Shown one piece after another: positions 27,502 to 45,327 of a DNA stretch of 64,000 nucleotides (within the stretch, counting starts at the first letter, position 1; each line of letters opens with the position of its first letter). The notes below the pieces were generated by a model that worked only from the letters and a program-made list of their open reading frames with translations, had not been told where the DNA came from and made no database searches. The position numbers were made by a program, and so were the translations under genes. Source of the stretch: Eledone cirrhosa (taxonomy: Eukaryota); NCBI GenBank assembly GCA_964016885.1, contig OZ024743.1, positions 289,416,001 through 289,480,000 on the forward strand, given 5' to 3'.

Positions 27502-27946
27502 CTGTGTAGGTACACATTTATTTTTGCACATGTGTATTCATACACATATACGCAAACACATATAGATATGTGCAAAAGCCAAATAAGTATCTTTTTCCCA
27601 AGAATGTTAATGATAATTAAATATTTTTTTAAATGTTAAATGTAATAAACAAAATCAATGTAGAAAGATAATTTAATTTGAAAGTTGTGAATTAATTGCA
27701 GCAATTAACAAAATTTAAATGTAATTTCTGATTTCAAAAATGATATAGTTGAGATGAAAATTTAACTAGAAGAGCAACAATAATACAATAAAATAAAATA
27801 AAGGGATAAGACAGAGATATAACAGAATAAAAGATTAAAGGTTTTATCTAATTAAATGTTGCACGTGTACATTCTCAAAAGCATCGGCATGTTAAAAACA
27901 AACAAACTTATATCTGAAGTGTATTTAGTGACTGTATTTAAGTATG

Positions 27947-28046
<100 letters not shown>

Positions 28047-28570
28047 TATGTGTGTGTATGTGTGTGCGTCTGTGTGTATGTATATATATATATTTATATA
28101 TACAGAGAGAGAGAGAGGGGGCAACTGGTGAAGTTGGAAATAGCATGGAAAATATATTTTTGGGTCTGTTTTTTTCCCATATTCCTTGCTCAGAGGTGGA
28201 CTGAAGAATGAGTTCTTGTGTATAGAGAGAGGAGTGTAGCCATAATAGTAGCAGCATTGTTGGTAGTTTATTCATTGACTGGTCACGAATTCAAATGGGA
28301 ACTCTTGACCAGTCAATTAACACAATCAGATATACACACACATATTTACAGAATATTTCCTTTGCCGCCAAAAAACAATTTTATTCTGTGAAGAAACACA
28401 ACCACTGCTACTATTATGACTACACACTTCTCTCTCTATACACAAGAATTCGTTCTCCAGTCCCCTTCTGAGCAAGGAAGATGGGGAAAAAACTTACTCC
28501 AACACTTAATTTTAAATATTTAATTCTTAACTTTTAATTCCTATTAATTATTTTTAATTGTAATACTCAA

Positions 28571-28615
28571 CATTTGATAAGATGAATTTTAATAATACAT
28601 CGAAACCGGTAATAC
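28571..28615 (+). ncRNA. Minimal HHR, U3-A8 variant, stem I decayed
   Basis: cau UUGAUAA GAUG..CAUC GAAA CCGG UA auac. Confidence 0.6.
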
Positions 28616-28793
28616 TTTATATACTTTATATACTTTATATACATTATAAAACTCTTTTTTTAAATAATTGTCCCTATCATGTTTTCAATAATGTTACTTT
28701 GACGAATCAAAGAAAGGATAAAAAAGAAAAACAGACCCTAAAATATATTTCCGTGCTATTTCTAACTTCCCCTTTTCTCTATATCCACTGTTT

Positions 28794-28846
<53 letters not shown>

Positions 28847-29267
28847 TTTGGCAGGTTCGTGCTGCCAATAAAAACATACGCACCTATTAGTTTTCACTTC
28901 AATTTATTATACATTTCAAGTTTGTTAGTTTAATAACCGGATGAATGTATATTTGTTTATTGTCACACATTCGTCACACATTCTGTCACCTCCTCAGTGA
29001 CTAATTTGTTATTTTGTGTCTCTCCTGTGTTCTGTCCTACACCGTTTTCTCATAAAATTAACCAACTGGAAGTTTAAAATAAATTAAAGTAAAATCTAAC
29101 AGGTACGTGTTTTTTTGGGGGGGGGGGGGCAGCAGGGCCCTCCCAAAGTATAACAATATCTGTTTCAATACACGTTTTCAGATAGAAAATCCTTGAAAAC
29201 AACTACAAAAAACGAAGTATATATATGTATATATCAAGAGTCGGACCAGATCAAAACAGATCGAACC

Positions 29268-29300
29268 ATGAGCTGATCAATAGCGAAACGTACGTCACCA
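29268..29300 (+). ncRNA. HHR 3' half truncated in the core
   Basis: AUGA GCU-gaucaau-AGC GAAA CGUACG UC followed by AATAAA and TA. Confidence 0.55.
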
Positions 29301-29363
29301 AGCAATAAACGTAATTAAGGCATAACGAATCGTCCTTGTATTATATATATATGGGGGGGGGGC

Positions 29364-29400
<37 letters not shown>

Positions 29401-30249
29401 TAATGTGGCGTTCATAATTTCTGGATTGTTTTCACTGAAACTGAGGAAGCAGTATTTGTGCAGAAACCTGCTAGGGAGTTGATTCCTGTGGTAGCAACAG
29501 GCATGGTTAACACGTTCATTCAGTATGTTCATTACATAAAGAGTAAGTACAATTGCATGCAATAAACTTATCCGCGTTTATGATAATCTCATTAACTATG
29601 CAGTTTAGTTGATTGAACAACTAGTATGCGCATCCTGGACGTGGCATCTATTTATTTTGTATATAGAGATGGTGAGAGTGGGAGAGAGATATACACACAC
29701 ACGCGCACACATACACGTGTGTGTGTGAGTAGTAGGTAAAGATGACGCAACGAACAGGGCAGGTGAGCAAACATTCAAAAAGTAAAAATAGTGAGAGTAT
29801 GTAAGAGAGAGGGTGTAATGGGAGAGTGAAAGGGGGAGAGAGTGACAGGTACACAGGAACGCTAAAAGTAGCTCACCAACTAGTCCGTCATTTCTAACTC
29901 AGCCGAAAAGGAAGTGTAGAGCTACATGAAGTAATGAGCAAAAATGACCAAATGTACCATTGATTGTTCAATGAAAAGTTGCTAAAATAAACTAAACTCA
30001 GAGAAGTCAATACAAGGGAAGCCCGAGCAAAATAAATTTAAAGTAAAGGAGTGAAAGCCAACAGGTGCCAATACGACCACGTCTTAGAAAAAATGGAAAA
30101 ACAGACATTTATAGGAACGTGATATTGATGTTGCTGTCACTGATGTCACCTTAGGTGGCTCATCAAACCAGGAAATGACTTACGCACGTATGTTTTTCGC
30201 CAGCTTCAGTTTGATTGGCTTGGCATATTTTGTGATAACGTGTTAATCC

Positions 30250-31700
30250 ACCTGTAGTGTGACACATTTTGGTACAGATATCACATACAAAATGAAGATG
30301 TATGGGGTATTCAAAGGGTTTATTTCTATGAATATGAAATCTGGATCCCTCATAGGTAAGGGTCCTTTTGACGTTCTGGGAGCGGATTAACAGCCCTCAT
30401 AGATTTAGCTACTTGCTTCATTTCACAAAAGCCCCTCCGCTTCTGTTGAAATTCTTTAATACCAATAGCAATCAGATTTCACCACTAACTTCTGTCCGTT
30501 TCAATATGTTCCCAATTTTGTATTTCTGTTGATCTTCTTCGAATTATCCCTCATGTAATCTTTAAATCGCTTGTGTGACTTGCACTGTGGGCTTTTGCCT
30601 TGCAACAGCCCTCCATGCATTACTTGTTTTGGGAGTCTGCTGTCCTCTAGGCGTACTATGTAACCTGAACACCGAGCACACCGTTTCACGATCATGGTTT
30701 CTATGCTTCGCAAACAGACCCGCCACAGCACAGCAGTATCTGGTTTATTATCCTTCCATAAGATTTTTAGGTTGGAGCGCAAGTATTTTTGGCGAAAACG
30801 TTTCTAGTCACTGGATATGTCCACAGTATACCCCACTTTCATACAGCAAGGCTGTAAGTACACATGCATCATATACTTCAACTTCCTTGTTCACACTAAT
30901 ACCTGACTGTGAGCGTGGCTAACAAGATCACTGTCGTCTGCATAAAGATCACGTATCAATTTAATATATATATATATACTATAGATGCAACTGGTACTAG
31001 CAGTGAAACCCATGCTAGTCTCGTCAACCTATTATTTATATATATATATATATACATTCGATGCAGCAAGGAATTGTCAGGTGTTAAAGAGACTTCCTGT
31101 TGTTCGATAACGTATATCTATGCCTACATCGGTATTGGTGACTGATTTTAACATAACAACTGCAAAGTATATGGCAAACAGATTGGGAGTGAGCAGGCCA
31201 CTTTGTTTCACTCCTGTCTCAACTGAGAAATGTTTTAGTAGCTTACCATTGACACAAAACCAACCCTCATGCCATCTTACGATGAATGTATAAGCTCTGT
31301 GAATTTTATCATACTATCCCAGCTTTAAGGGAATACTCCAAAGAGCTTGCTTCTTCACGGGGTCAATGATCTTCGTGAGATCATTAAAGCAATTGTACAG
31401 ATCAAGATGTTTCTCACTATACTTCTCCATCTGCTACGCAGTGAAGATTATATCTACAGTGCCCCGATATGGTTGGAGACCACACTGAGGTTCCAGCAAA
31501 AGTTTAGGTGCAACGTGTATCAGTAGAATATTATGTAGAATTCTGGCACAAATTTTACCAACAATTACTAGTTAAGAGATCCCAGTGTAGTTGTCATAAA
31601 CATCTGTGTAAGTCTTCTTGAAGAGGAAGGTGAGAATGGCATTCTTCCACACCTGTGAGACTGCATCCTTTAGATATGGGTTAACCTTAGAATTCAGATG
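30250..31700 (-). mobile_element. RTE/BovB-like LINE relic
   Basis: LRSNLKILWKD..SIETMI..R.SGYIVRLEDSRLPKQVMHGGL.QGK..KRFKD; upstream RT fragments (PQCGL..RGTVDIIF). Confidence 0.8.
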
Positions 31701-33129
31701 CTGTGGCAGATGGATTTGTCTACAGCAACAACAATATCAGTCCAGGCTGTATCGAAGATACCTCAGTTAAATAGGAATTGTTAGTGGTACTCGACATCAG
31801 TGACCGTAGTAGTAGTGACAGTAGTGATAATATAATATGATATAACTAGTCTAGCCAGTATGTAGTACAATATAGATTAAGTGAGAATTAGTGTTGACAT
31901 ATGAAAATGACAATAAAATTAACATAACATTCTCGTTGAAGATAGATGACTATTAAATAAATAAGGAATAGATAACAAGCGAAAAGTTAAAATAAATGAT
32001 ACAGATGTAGAAAAATAAGAAAGAAAAAACAACAACAAAAGGAACAAAATGTTGAGATTTGCTAAAAGTACCAAGATTAGACTATGCCAACACCTAATAT
32101 GTATCACAAAATTGATGTTCGTACAGAGATATAGAATATGCTAAAAACGTATAAAATAGATTTAGACACGATCCTGAGGTGTAGACTTGATTCCTAAGGA
32201 GGTTGGGTGGATAAGCTAACCAGCCCTTAATAGTAAATCAAACAGCACCGCCTCGTGAAATCACACGTTGCCTATCCAGGATAGTTGGTCGGAATGCACG
32301 AGGGAATGCATGCATGGAGGCAAGGTATGAGTCCTACTAGGTGTTTAGGGTGGCCTCAGGAGGTAGTTAGAAATAAATAAAGACAAAAAGAAATAGAAAC
32401 AGGAGAAGTGGGTGATCCACCTAGAACCATGAGAGGAAGGGTTATTTACCATAGAGCTTAAGGAAAATTCAGCCTTTCTGTTAAGCATCTGCGTTCCCTC
32501 TCTAAGTATTTTAAGGGGCTCACTCAGACAGTGGCTGTAAATGCCTGAGCCACCTCCGTCTGGGAGTACCTCTCGAACATTGGACCAAACCAAAGAGTAT
32601 GGGGTCCTGTCCTACTTAATCTTCCAGATCAGTTCCGAAGGGGCCATGCTTTTACGTTTATCGGTTCTATTAAAGGAGTGTCGGCGATTATACCATCTGT
32701 CCTTGAAGCATGTCAACGCAACTCTTATCGTATGCATCTATTAGATTACAAGAATCTAGGACAAAATGTCTGGCAGAATTTGTTCTGACTCTTTTCAATC
32801 TGACTACTTATACCACTAAAGTCAGCTTTGCTTTTCATTTTTTTTTTAAACGATAAATCACCATTCAAGAACGGTATATTGTTAGCGTGTCAGATGTGAA
32901 ACTTTGTGTTAATTTTCGACTCTTTGCGTTCTGAGTTCAAATGTTGCTATGAGCTGTTTGAGTTGTAGACATATCCTCACCTAGTTCATGTGTACCTTTA
33001 TCGAGATCCCCTGTTGCGAGCATTCAGACCGGATCTTCTGTTTGAGGATACCACAACAAATACCATGAAATGTGCTTTTTCTGACTAATCGATTCGAAAG
33101 TTATAGGAAATCTTCTTGAGATTGCGTAA

Positions 33130-33445
33130 GACTGGATATATAATGTAGTGCCCGGCACATAGCTAGTAATATGCACAGATCAGATGTAAAATATAAATTC
33201 CCTGAGCTGATAATTATCCTAGGCCAGAAGTAAAATGTATTTCCCCAAAGTTGGTTATTATTCCCTGCCAGACGTAAAGAGTAGGCTCTAAAAGTTGGGA
33301 ATAAGCCCAGGCGAGATGTGAAATATAGTCCCCCAGCCAAGCTTATAATAGGGCCAAACCAGATGCAAAAGATAGGCTTTTAATACACCCAGCAATGTCT
33401 AAAATGTAGTCTCCACACAAAGCAGATAATACGCCCAAAACATTA
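33130..33445. repeat. Degenerate ~44-bp minisatellite
   Basis: ccagatgtaaaatatag-like motif recurring at ~33181, 33224, 33268, 33312, 33359. Confidence 0.55.
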
Positions 33446-34359
33446 CGTATTTTGGTAATCAGTGCTAAAGACATGATTTATCTATGTAATTCGAGTATAA
33501 AGATCTAAACTAACGCAGAGTTTAACATCCCCACCTGGGTCTCGGGTGCCTCTAGTAAAGTCAACTCCAATGTAAACTTCACACCAGGTTTCTGTTTTGT
33601 GGATAACTACTTCCATCCTTCCTTTCTTCTAAACTGACACTGAGGTCCTGAAATACGCCATAGATACTTCCCTTTCCTTCTTCACTAAAAAACAAAACAA
33701 AATTCACGTTAAATGTTATACTTACAAATAACAGACGAGGATAAATCTTCTAGACCTTAACATAAAAAGACACCCTAAAAATCGTAGGCTAATACCAACA
33801 TGCTTACCTAGGAATCTATCTACTATGTACTGATTATCTGGGGTAGTTATAAAAGATAGTAAGTTCAATTCAATTTAATCAAATACCATTCTTGCAAATG
33901 GCTAAAATGCTTTAGTAAAAAAATACCTAGCCAACTAAATCTTAATGTTTTCTCACTTGCAGTGATTGTCACATTTATTTGCCTACGATGTTATGGTTAT
34001 AGAGGTTGTTGTTATTGTTTTTATTAGTGGTGGTGGTGGTGGTGGTCTGCATAGGTTTATTGCTGTTATTGCTTTTTTTATAGTTTTTGTTGCTACTACT
34101 GCTGTTCTTGCTGTTGTTGTTCGTAACATTAGCTGACAGCTCGTCCATCATTTCATTTGTGATATGTCTCAACAACACCCGAATTTTAGAAACGAAAGAT
34201 CCTTTAAAGACATATTACAGTATACACATGTGTGTGTATGTATGTATTTATGAATATACGTATATACATATATATAATGTATGTATATATATATAAATGT
34301 ATATATATATATATATAAATGTATATATATATATATATATATATAATGTAGGTATATAC

Positions 34360-34462
<103 letters not shown>

Positions 34463-34537
34463 CATACATACATATATACACATATGCACAGATACTCATA
34501 CACAGATATATATATATACATGTACCAATATACATAT

Positions 34538-34626
<89 letters not shown>

Positions 34627-35141
34627 GTGAGACACCACATGAATATCTGTGTGCGTTTGTATATATTGTTATTTAACTGTTTATTATACGACTAAGAAAG
34701 GAAAAATCATTATCTCCAGCAGAATTGAGATGTACATGCATCAAACATGACAAGCACAGAATATATTGCAGTCAGCAAAACAATCTAAGTGTAAAGCTGA
34801 TGTATGTATAGAGAGATTTATATATATGTACGTATGCATATATGTATGTATGAGTGTGTATATATATATATTGCTTTCCTGAAGATTTCGTTCGGATGAA
34901 ATAGTTCTAGTCCTGTAGAAGCCATTTCTATATTAAACATTTTATATACTCTACAGATCTGGAGAGCTATGGGCTCTACCAGGTTTAAAATTCCCGTATG
35001 TCAATGAGTCGCTCCTACGACCGTATCAGCAGTTACGGGACCATACTATACTGTACTATGTATTGAGTACCTTACTTACTGTGGTTACACCCGATTGAAT
35101 CCAGAATACACACACACAGACACACACACAGACACACACCC

Positions 35142-35172
<31 letters not shown>

Positions 35173-35280
35173 AAGAGAGAGAGACACACACACACACAGA
35201 CACACATATATATATATATGTATATACACACACACACATGTATATATATATATATATATGTATATACACACACACACATG

Positions 35281-35311
<31 letters not shown>

Positions 35312-35317
35312 TGTAAT

Positions 35318-35367
<50 letters not shown>

Positions 35368-35915
35368 GTAATAGGAAAACACGATGAAGATTCGTTTACA
35401 TATTCTTAATGATTATCGACCTGTTACGTAGGTTTCACAGAAGATTGTCTCAAGGTCACATATAAAAGCTATGAACACTAGTCCAACATCGATCTCCACT
35501 TCAGACACTTGCGTCCTCGAGGCTAGCGAGCACATCGATGCTGGAATCGGGTCCACAGCTTCCAAATGTGACCATGAGCCAATCATCTGTAAAACGTACC
35601 TGACATGTCAATAATCAACAAAAACATGTAAAGGAAACCTCATCGTTTTTTCGTATTATATACACTATGCCTGTATATTGACTGCCTATATTTATTACTA
35701 CCACCAGTAATTCACGGAATCACCTCCCTTGATAATGGGTTTTTAATATTTGTGATTATTGAATTTGCTCCGGTAAGATTCTATTGTTATCTTGTCAATT
35801 TTAATATTCTAGTGCACTGTATGATTTTCAAAATTATTTAAATTCGTGTTTCCTGTTCAACAATGCTTCTAGCAAACTAGAATACTCTGTTATATATATA
35901 TATATATATATATAT

Positions 35916-36958
35916 ACAATACAAATAAATACACAGACACATGCGAATACATACATATACATGCATATACCCACATATATCCCTGAATTTGTGTGGTGCC
36001 AACCTTAACCGTTGTTGCTCTATGAATAATAGGGACAACATAATGTGGATGGTTTAGATTGATTCAGTATCAGAGCTATATAATACATTATAAAGAAAGA
36101 AGAAACATTAGATATAAATAAAAAGATATAATATACCTAAATTCCTTCATTATCCTCGACTACGTAGTTTCGTGGCTGTTATGCAAAAACATTACATCAT
36201 AGAGATGCAGTATTTTTGTGAGGTTTGCTGACTTATCAAGAGGATACTTCATTTAGAGTTTCAAAACACGTCCGTAGGACGCGAGATAGAATCCCGAAAG
36301 GCGGAGGGGGAACTTATCACGTGTTACAGCGGTCAAGAAACAGAGCTAAGCCAAGAGAAAAATACCACAAAAGGCGGAGGGGGTATTTATGCCAAGGCCG
36401 TAGAAGAGTTGGCTAGGAGGGCGAGAAGTGTAATTAGTGTAAGCTTAACAGCAGTCACTATACTTCAGTGGTTACTCTACCATAGGGAGTTATAAACAAT
36501 ACAAATAAATACACAGACACATGCGAATACATACATTTACATGCATATACCAACATATATCCCTGAATTTGTGTGGTGCCAACCTTAACCGTTGTTGCTC
36601 TATGAATAATAGGGACAAAATAATCTGGATGGATTAGATTGATTCAATATCAGAGCTATATAATACATTATAAAGAAAGAAGAAACATTAGATATAAATA
36701 AAATGATATAATATACCTAAATTCCTTCATTATCCTTGACTACGTAGTTTCGTGGCTATTATCATATAGAGATGCAGTTTTGAAACTCTAAATGAGGTAT
36801 CCTCTTGATAAGTCGGCAAACCTCACAAAAATACTGCATCTCTATGATGTAATGTGTTTGCATAATAGCCACGAAACTACGTAGTCGAGGATAATGAAGG
36901 AATTTAGGTATATTATATCTTTTTATTTATATCTAATGTTTCTTCTTTTTTTATAATG

Positions 36959-36963
<5 letters not shown>
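35916..36963. mobile_element. ORF-less HHR element: 580-bp unit, partial tandem copy and inverted segment, in (TA)n
   Basis: 35916 is repeated at 36496; inverted segment ~36778-36963; HHRs at 36151-36246 (-) and 36798-36893 (+). Confidence 0.85.
36798..36893 (+). ncRNA. Type I HHR, U3-A8 variant, extended stem II
   Basis: UAUCCUC UUGAUAA GU-c-GGC..GCC-AC GAAA CUACGUAG UC GAGGAUA; perfect 7-bp stem I, palindromic stem III, GUC triplet. Confidence 0.85.
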
Positions 36964-37034
<71 letters not shown>

Positions 37035-37204
37035 CATTATAAAAGTATATATATTTACAGAGAGAGAGAGAGAGAGAGAACAGAATTAGGATTTAGAATA
37101 TATATATATATACACCGTATATTATGTCGGAGTACAAGGCGACCTTATAAAGTCCTCCAAAAAATGCATGAAATGTGAACCTTAAATTTTTGTTGTTGGA
37201 GTTT

Positions 37205-37415
37205 ATGTACATGTCAACGAATGGATGGATGAAGAAGGGATTAAGCTATGGCTCTATCACACATGGGGCAGGCGACCACGTGGACATAATAAACAACGTA
37301 GCCTTTTGGTGTGGGATATGTTCAAGTCTCATTTAACTACCAACGCAAAGAAACGGCTGGCAATAATAAATACAGACGTGGCAGTTATTCCTGGAGCATT
37401 GACGACATTGGTAAA
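37205..37415 (+). mobile_element. Pogo-family DDE transposase fragment
   Basis: WMDEEGIKLWL..W.RRP..RSLLVWDMFKSHLT..VAVIPGALT. Confidence 0.85.
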
Positions 37416-37677
37416 ATCAGGGACCTCGTTTGCCTTAAAAATGTGAGAGGGACAAACCAACATTTGTTGATTCTTAAAGGAGCATGTTAGTATTACTTAT
37501 GATGCCTTTTCCGGACCCTATCACATGAGTAAAATTTTACGCTAATTAAATTTTATATATTCAAATGAAGTTCAGATATAAAAAGAAATAAGCTTAAAAA
37601 AAATTTATTATATCAAATAAACAAAAAATAAAACAGACGTTTGAATAAAAAAAAATATAAAGTAAATTTACTGTCTT

Positions 37678-38190
37678 TTAGAACTTTCCAAATGTATTAT
37701 ATCTCGCAGCATTGCTGTCAATAAATAATTTAGCAATTTCTTCACAACTAATCTTTTTGAAAACATCTCTATGAACGTAGCATATTAGAATATGGTTCAA
37801 CCTTTGCTGAGTCATGGTCGATCGCAGCCAAGTTTTGAGTCTCTGCAGAGCGCTCAAAGAAGTTTCAGCTTCACAAGAACTGGTTGCAAACATTAAAGGT
37901 AGCCTGAGCAATCGCTCAATATTTGGAAACATGCGACAGACTTCTGGTTGCATTTCACCGGCTATTTTACGATGATCCTCTAGAGTTGATCCACTATCAT
38001 GATTTCTATAAAAAAAAGTATTTCGTTCCTTAAATAAAATTCATCAAGCTGTGGATACTGCACAAAAATTTCCATTGAGTAAAATATTGTTCGGTTTTTC
38101 CTAATCTGCTAAATCCTGAAAAAAAAAAAATCTTTCAAATTTTCTATTGCGGTATCCACTACCCGCAAATACTGCACTTTGTTTCTTTTA
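37678..38190 (-). mobile_element. hAT transposase C-terminal dimerisation domain remnant
   Basis: MFPNIERLLRL..ATSSCEAETSLSALQRLKTWLRSTMTQQRLNHILICYVHRD. Confidence 0.88.
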
Positions 38191-38240
38191 AATTTATTTA
38201 AGGTACACCGTCGTATTAATTTCCCCGCCTGTATATATAC

Positions 38241-38885
<645 letters not shown>

Positions 38886-39286
38886 AAAAGAGTCAGGACC
38901 CCGACGGCTGAGCTCCGGCCGTATCGGCAGCTAGATCCGAGCTACACCACATGTATTAGATCGGCGGGAATCTAGCTGAACTTATCAAGAGGTACAGTCC
39001 ATATATGGGTATGCAGTCAAAACAAAAAAAAAGAAGAAATATTTAAGCAAAAACTCCTAAATTTTTTTTGTTTTTCTTGTCTGTCACGGGGAGTGGTCAA
39101 TGACCTGGGATGTCGTGTACATAGTTAAATTCCTTCATAGCAGTGGCTAAGTTCGGATCTAGCTGTTGAATCGGCCGGAGCTCAGCCGTCAGGGTCCTGA
39201 CTCTTTTCCTATTACCCACTCTACTACCCTAAGTATTGGGTACTCTGGTGCGTTATGGTCCACCTGGTATCTTACCACACCCTCTT

Positions 39287-39367
<81 letters not shown>

Positions 39368-39504
39368 TGTGTACGTGTGTTTACAAATCGACTCTTCGAA
39401 AAACTCTTTCTCAGGAACAGACTCCAAGTCTGCCTGATCCTCAGACCAATGTTAACATAACAAAAATCACATCAAATCCTGATATGATTTTCACTGTGTT
39501 AACA

Positions 39505-39581
39505 CTGGTCTGATGATCAGGCAGACTTGGAGTCTAGTCTTGGGGTGCCATACCAACTACTTGAGAAACATTTGTAACCGG
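39505..39581 (+). ncRNA. Type I HHR with branched stem II
   Basis: CUGGU CUGAUGA UCAGG..CUUGA GAAA CAUUUG UA ACCGG; AATAAA ~8 nt downstream; variant mirror arm at ~39380-39475. Confidence 0.8.
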
Positions 39582-39713
39582 GATGGAGCAATAAATCTCC
39601 CATATAACATCGCCACTTTGTTCTTATTGTATTCACTCTGCATCGAGTGCTGACTTTGGTTCTCTCACCAGTTTTCTTCCGATTTACTGAACTTTCTACA
39701 TACATATATACAT

Positions 39714-39763
<50 letters not shown>

Positions 39764-39785
39764 CACACACACACACACATACACA

Positions 39786-39849
<64 letters not shown>

Positions 39850-40285
39850 TGGACAGACCGGCAGACACATTAACACAAACACTGACAGACAGTGAGACAG
39901 ACAGAGTTGATAGATAGATAAATAGATAGGCAGAGTGAGGGGGAGAGAATGAGAGTAAAGAGAGTGAGAGAAAGAGACTGAGGGAGACATCAGAAAAAAA
40001 AACACGAAAGACCACATACCAAAAGTAAAAAAAAAAGAACAAAAAAAAAATCAATTATTAAGCGTGAAATAAGAATTCATAGAAACATGATTTAGTCTCT
40101 CTCCATGTGATGAAAAGAATGTGAAGTTTATAAATCAATTCCTATTTCCTACCAAATCCAATCACTAAAGAATAACACCAGATATTCTTTGCAACAGCTT
40201 CGATTGCACTGTTTCATGTTTTGTCTACTTTTGTTTAATTATTGTTTATATTTTTTCTAAATTCTCTATCATGGACGATTACAAT

Positions 40286-40470
40286 AATTGTTTCTACTTT
40301 TGGCACAAGGACAGCAATTTTTCCAGTGAATTACTGGTGCTTTATTTTATCGACCCCGTAAAGATGAGAGGCAAAGTTAACCTCGGCGGGATTTGAACTC
40401 AGAACACAAACGGCCATAACGCTATGCAATAAAACATGGTGTCTGACGCTCTACCGATACTTCCAATCCA
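40286..40470 (-). mobile_element. SINE (major family)
   Basis: Consensus match. Confidence 0.85.
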
Positions 40471-40846
40471 AATAAGAACACATCTTACTTTGATACTTTA
40501 TTAGCTGAGGGAACTTGTGTTAACCAATATTTACGAGATTTGTGAAAGCGTTTTGGGGTATTTATATGGGGTTTTTGCGTGCCCTGTTCAAATACCGCCA
40601 CTATCTATTTTGTCTTTCGTCATTTCTGGGTCGATAAAGATAGTATCACCGTTTAGCAGGTGCAGGCCGTCTTTCTTTCCAGCAGTCACATCCTAGATGA
40701 TGTTCAGTGGAATCGAACTGGTGACGGTCGAGAGGGTGTCAGCGTCTGTTCGTGATTGCTTGGGTACCTATAATCCTTAGCAAAACTATTGTGACGAGTG
40801 TAGACATATATAAGAATCTCTCCTCTCTCTCTCTATCTCTCCTCCT

Positions 40847-40929
<83 letters not shown>

Positions 40930-41164
40930 CTATCACCGGTTTAAAACTAAATGATTCAGAATCAAACCTAGAGTAGTAGAGATATACAATAATAATTGAA
41001 AAGAGGGTTATAACCCTGGAATAACATGTTGAAATATACAGGGAATTACAGTTTTGTTTTATTTGTCAACCATTGCTTTTAATATATTTCTACCGCATTG
41101 TAATGGCTTATTGAAACTTATCATTTATTTATTTATTTATCTATTTATTTATTATCATTATTAT

Positions 41165-41214
<50 letters not shown>

Positions 41215-41708
41215 CTGTTTCTCTCTTACTGCTTCCCCGCTCTCACTGTTTCTCTCACCTTCTTTCGCCCCCTCTGTCAGTTACACTTTCTCTCGAGTGA
41301 CCTCTTCCTCACACTTCCACTCACTCACTCTCTGTTTCTCCCCTTCTCACTTCCCCCCGTTTGGCTTGTGTGGGTTTCTTCTTGCTCACATCTCACACAC
41401 ATCAACACGGTCTGTAGCTCTCTCGATCATGAAATCCACCCAGATTATGGTGACTGGACAACCATGTTGCTTGTTTATTTTCCTATCTTCGGTTTGCTTT
41501 TATCCTTCTATGTTGTTTACTTGTCCCCCTCGCCTTACGCGAATTCTGGTCCCAATAACCTTTTTTAGTTATTGCTCGCACCAACCTGAGGTATCTGATT
41601 TTTAATGCGATGAAATACCGATGATGGTTGGAAAATCACTGACGAAGGACGATTTTTATCATATGTAACCCATGTGCAAACCACACAGTATTCTTCTTTC
41701 TTCTCATG

Positions 41709-41795
<87 letters not shown>

Positions 41796-41799
<4 letters not shown>

Positions 41800-41970
41800 T
41801 TCCGTTATAATGAAATTCACGGGGTATAAAAAAAATTCGTTGTAACGAAAAATTCTTTATAACGAGATCAACCTATCCCATCGGGCGTGTGGCCGGGTAT
41901 TGAATAAAAAAAAATTTCGTTATACTGAAATTTTTTTTATCAGGGTATTCGCTATAACGGAATTTTACCT
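41796..41970. mobile_element. Pogo/Tigger-like MITE
   Basis: TIR aaaattccgttata / tataacggaatttt with internal ttcgttataacga subrepeats. Confidence 0.65.
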
Positions 41971-42176
41971 ATATATATAATAACTGATAAGTAATATATA
42001 TGTGTATATGTATATAAATATATAATATTCAAATGTAGAAACAATTATACGAGGTATGAATCGAAGTTGAAGCTGCCATATAGCAGATATTAATCGAGTT
42101 GTTTGAGGCAGTCACAAAACACTCGATAGAGGGGTATGTTAATACATTACCGTCCAGAGGATACACAACAGTTAAA

Positions 42177-42250
<74 letters not shown>

Positions 42251-42274
42251 CTGTGTGTTTGTGTGTTGTATCAA

Positions 42275-43085
42275 TTAATTGTCTCTAATAAATTATTTCC
42301 TCAGAGAAATAATGAAATACACTAAAACCTAAGCCAAAAATCTCTATTTGGGGGTCTATATACTAGACCGACTAAAATAAGATGTCTAAATATCAAAGAC
42401 AGCTTTATAAATTGATTCACTCCTCCATCATTTTTTAGCAGATTTTGACGGTTTTGACTGCTATTTCCAGCGTCAATATAAACCCGTCATGTTATCCTAA
42501 TACATTCAGTGGGATATATTCATATAGTAATTGAGCGACACAGCACATTGTACACCATGTGGCTCGGCAACGACATAATATGTATGATATAGATTCAGCT
42601 TCTCTTATTCCAAAGAATCCTACTCCTGATGACGGATTTGTAATTCTTCCAAAATTGGTTATTCCATGTTTTGGAATGATCAATGTTGTTTCTTGAATTC
42701 CAGTAACCTGGTCGGGGACCTCTATGAGTAAAATCGAAGTCCCCTAAAAAAGAGATTTTTGTTTAAGTTTTAATATATTTTATTACATCTGTGAGAAGAT
42801 AATTTATTGAGCTGTCTAAATATAAGAGACAATTAAATATATATATTGATTATCAGCTCCATCATTTTTTAGCAGGTCTAGACGGTTTTGGCAACTTCTC
42901 TTATTCCAATGAATTCTACTACAGATGATGGAATTGTAATTCTTCCTCTATTGGTTATTCCAATGTCTTGGAATGGTCAATATTTTTTGTTGAATTCCAG
43001 AATCTATGAGTAAAACTAACTTGTTTTAGTCGGGCTAGCTTCTAGCTCCCTAAATAGAGCTTTTGGGTTGTTTTAATATATTTCA
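42275..43085. mobile_element. Old MITE-like element with long inverted ends and an internal tandem duplication
   Basis: ~42285-42360 is inverted at ~42740-42810 and ~43020-43085; ~42380-42740 is partly repeated at ~42810-43010. Confidence 0.55.
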
Positions 43086-43124
43086 TATATATATATATGA
43101 AATATATATTATTATTATTATTAC

Positions 43125-43156
<32 letters not shown>

Positions 43157-43157
43157 T

Positions 43158-45327
<2,170 letters not shown>

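Noticed and set aside
30985-31035. Further HHR-like remnants (also ~10230, ~13450, ~23150, ~27090, ~35420, ~40995)
   Set aside because: Core or stem I too decayed to call by eye.
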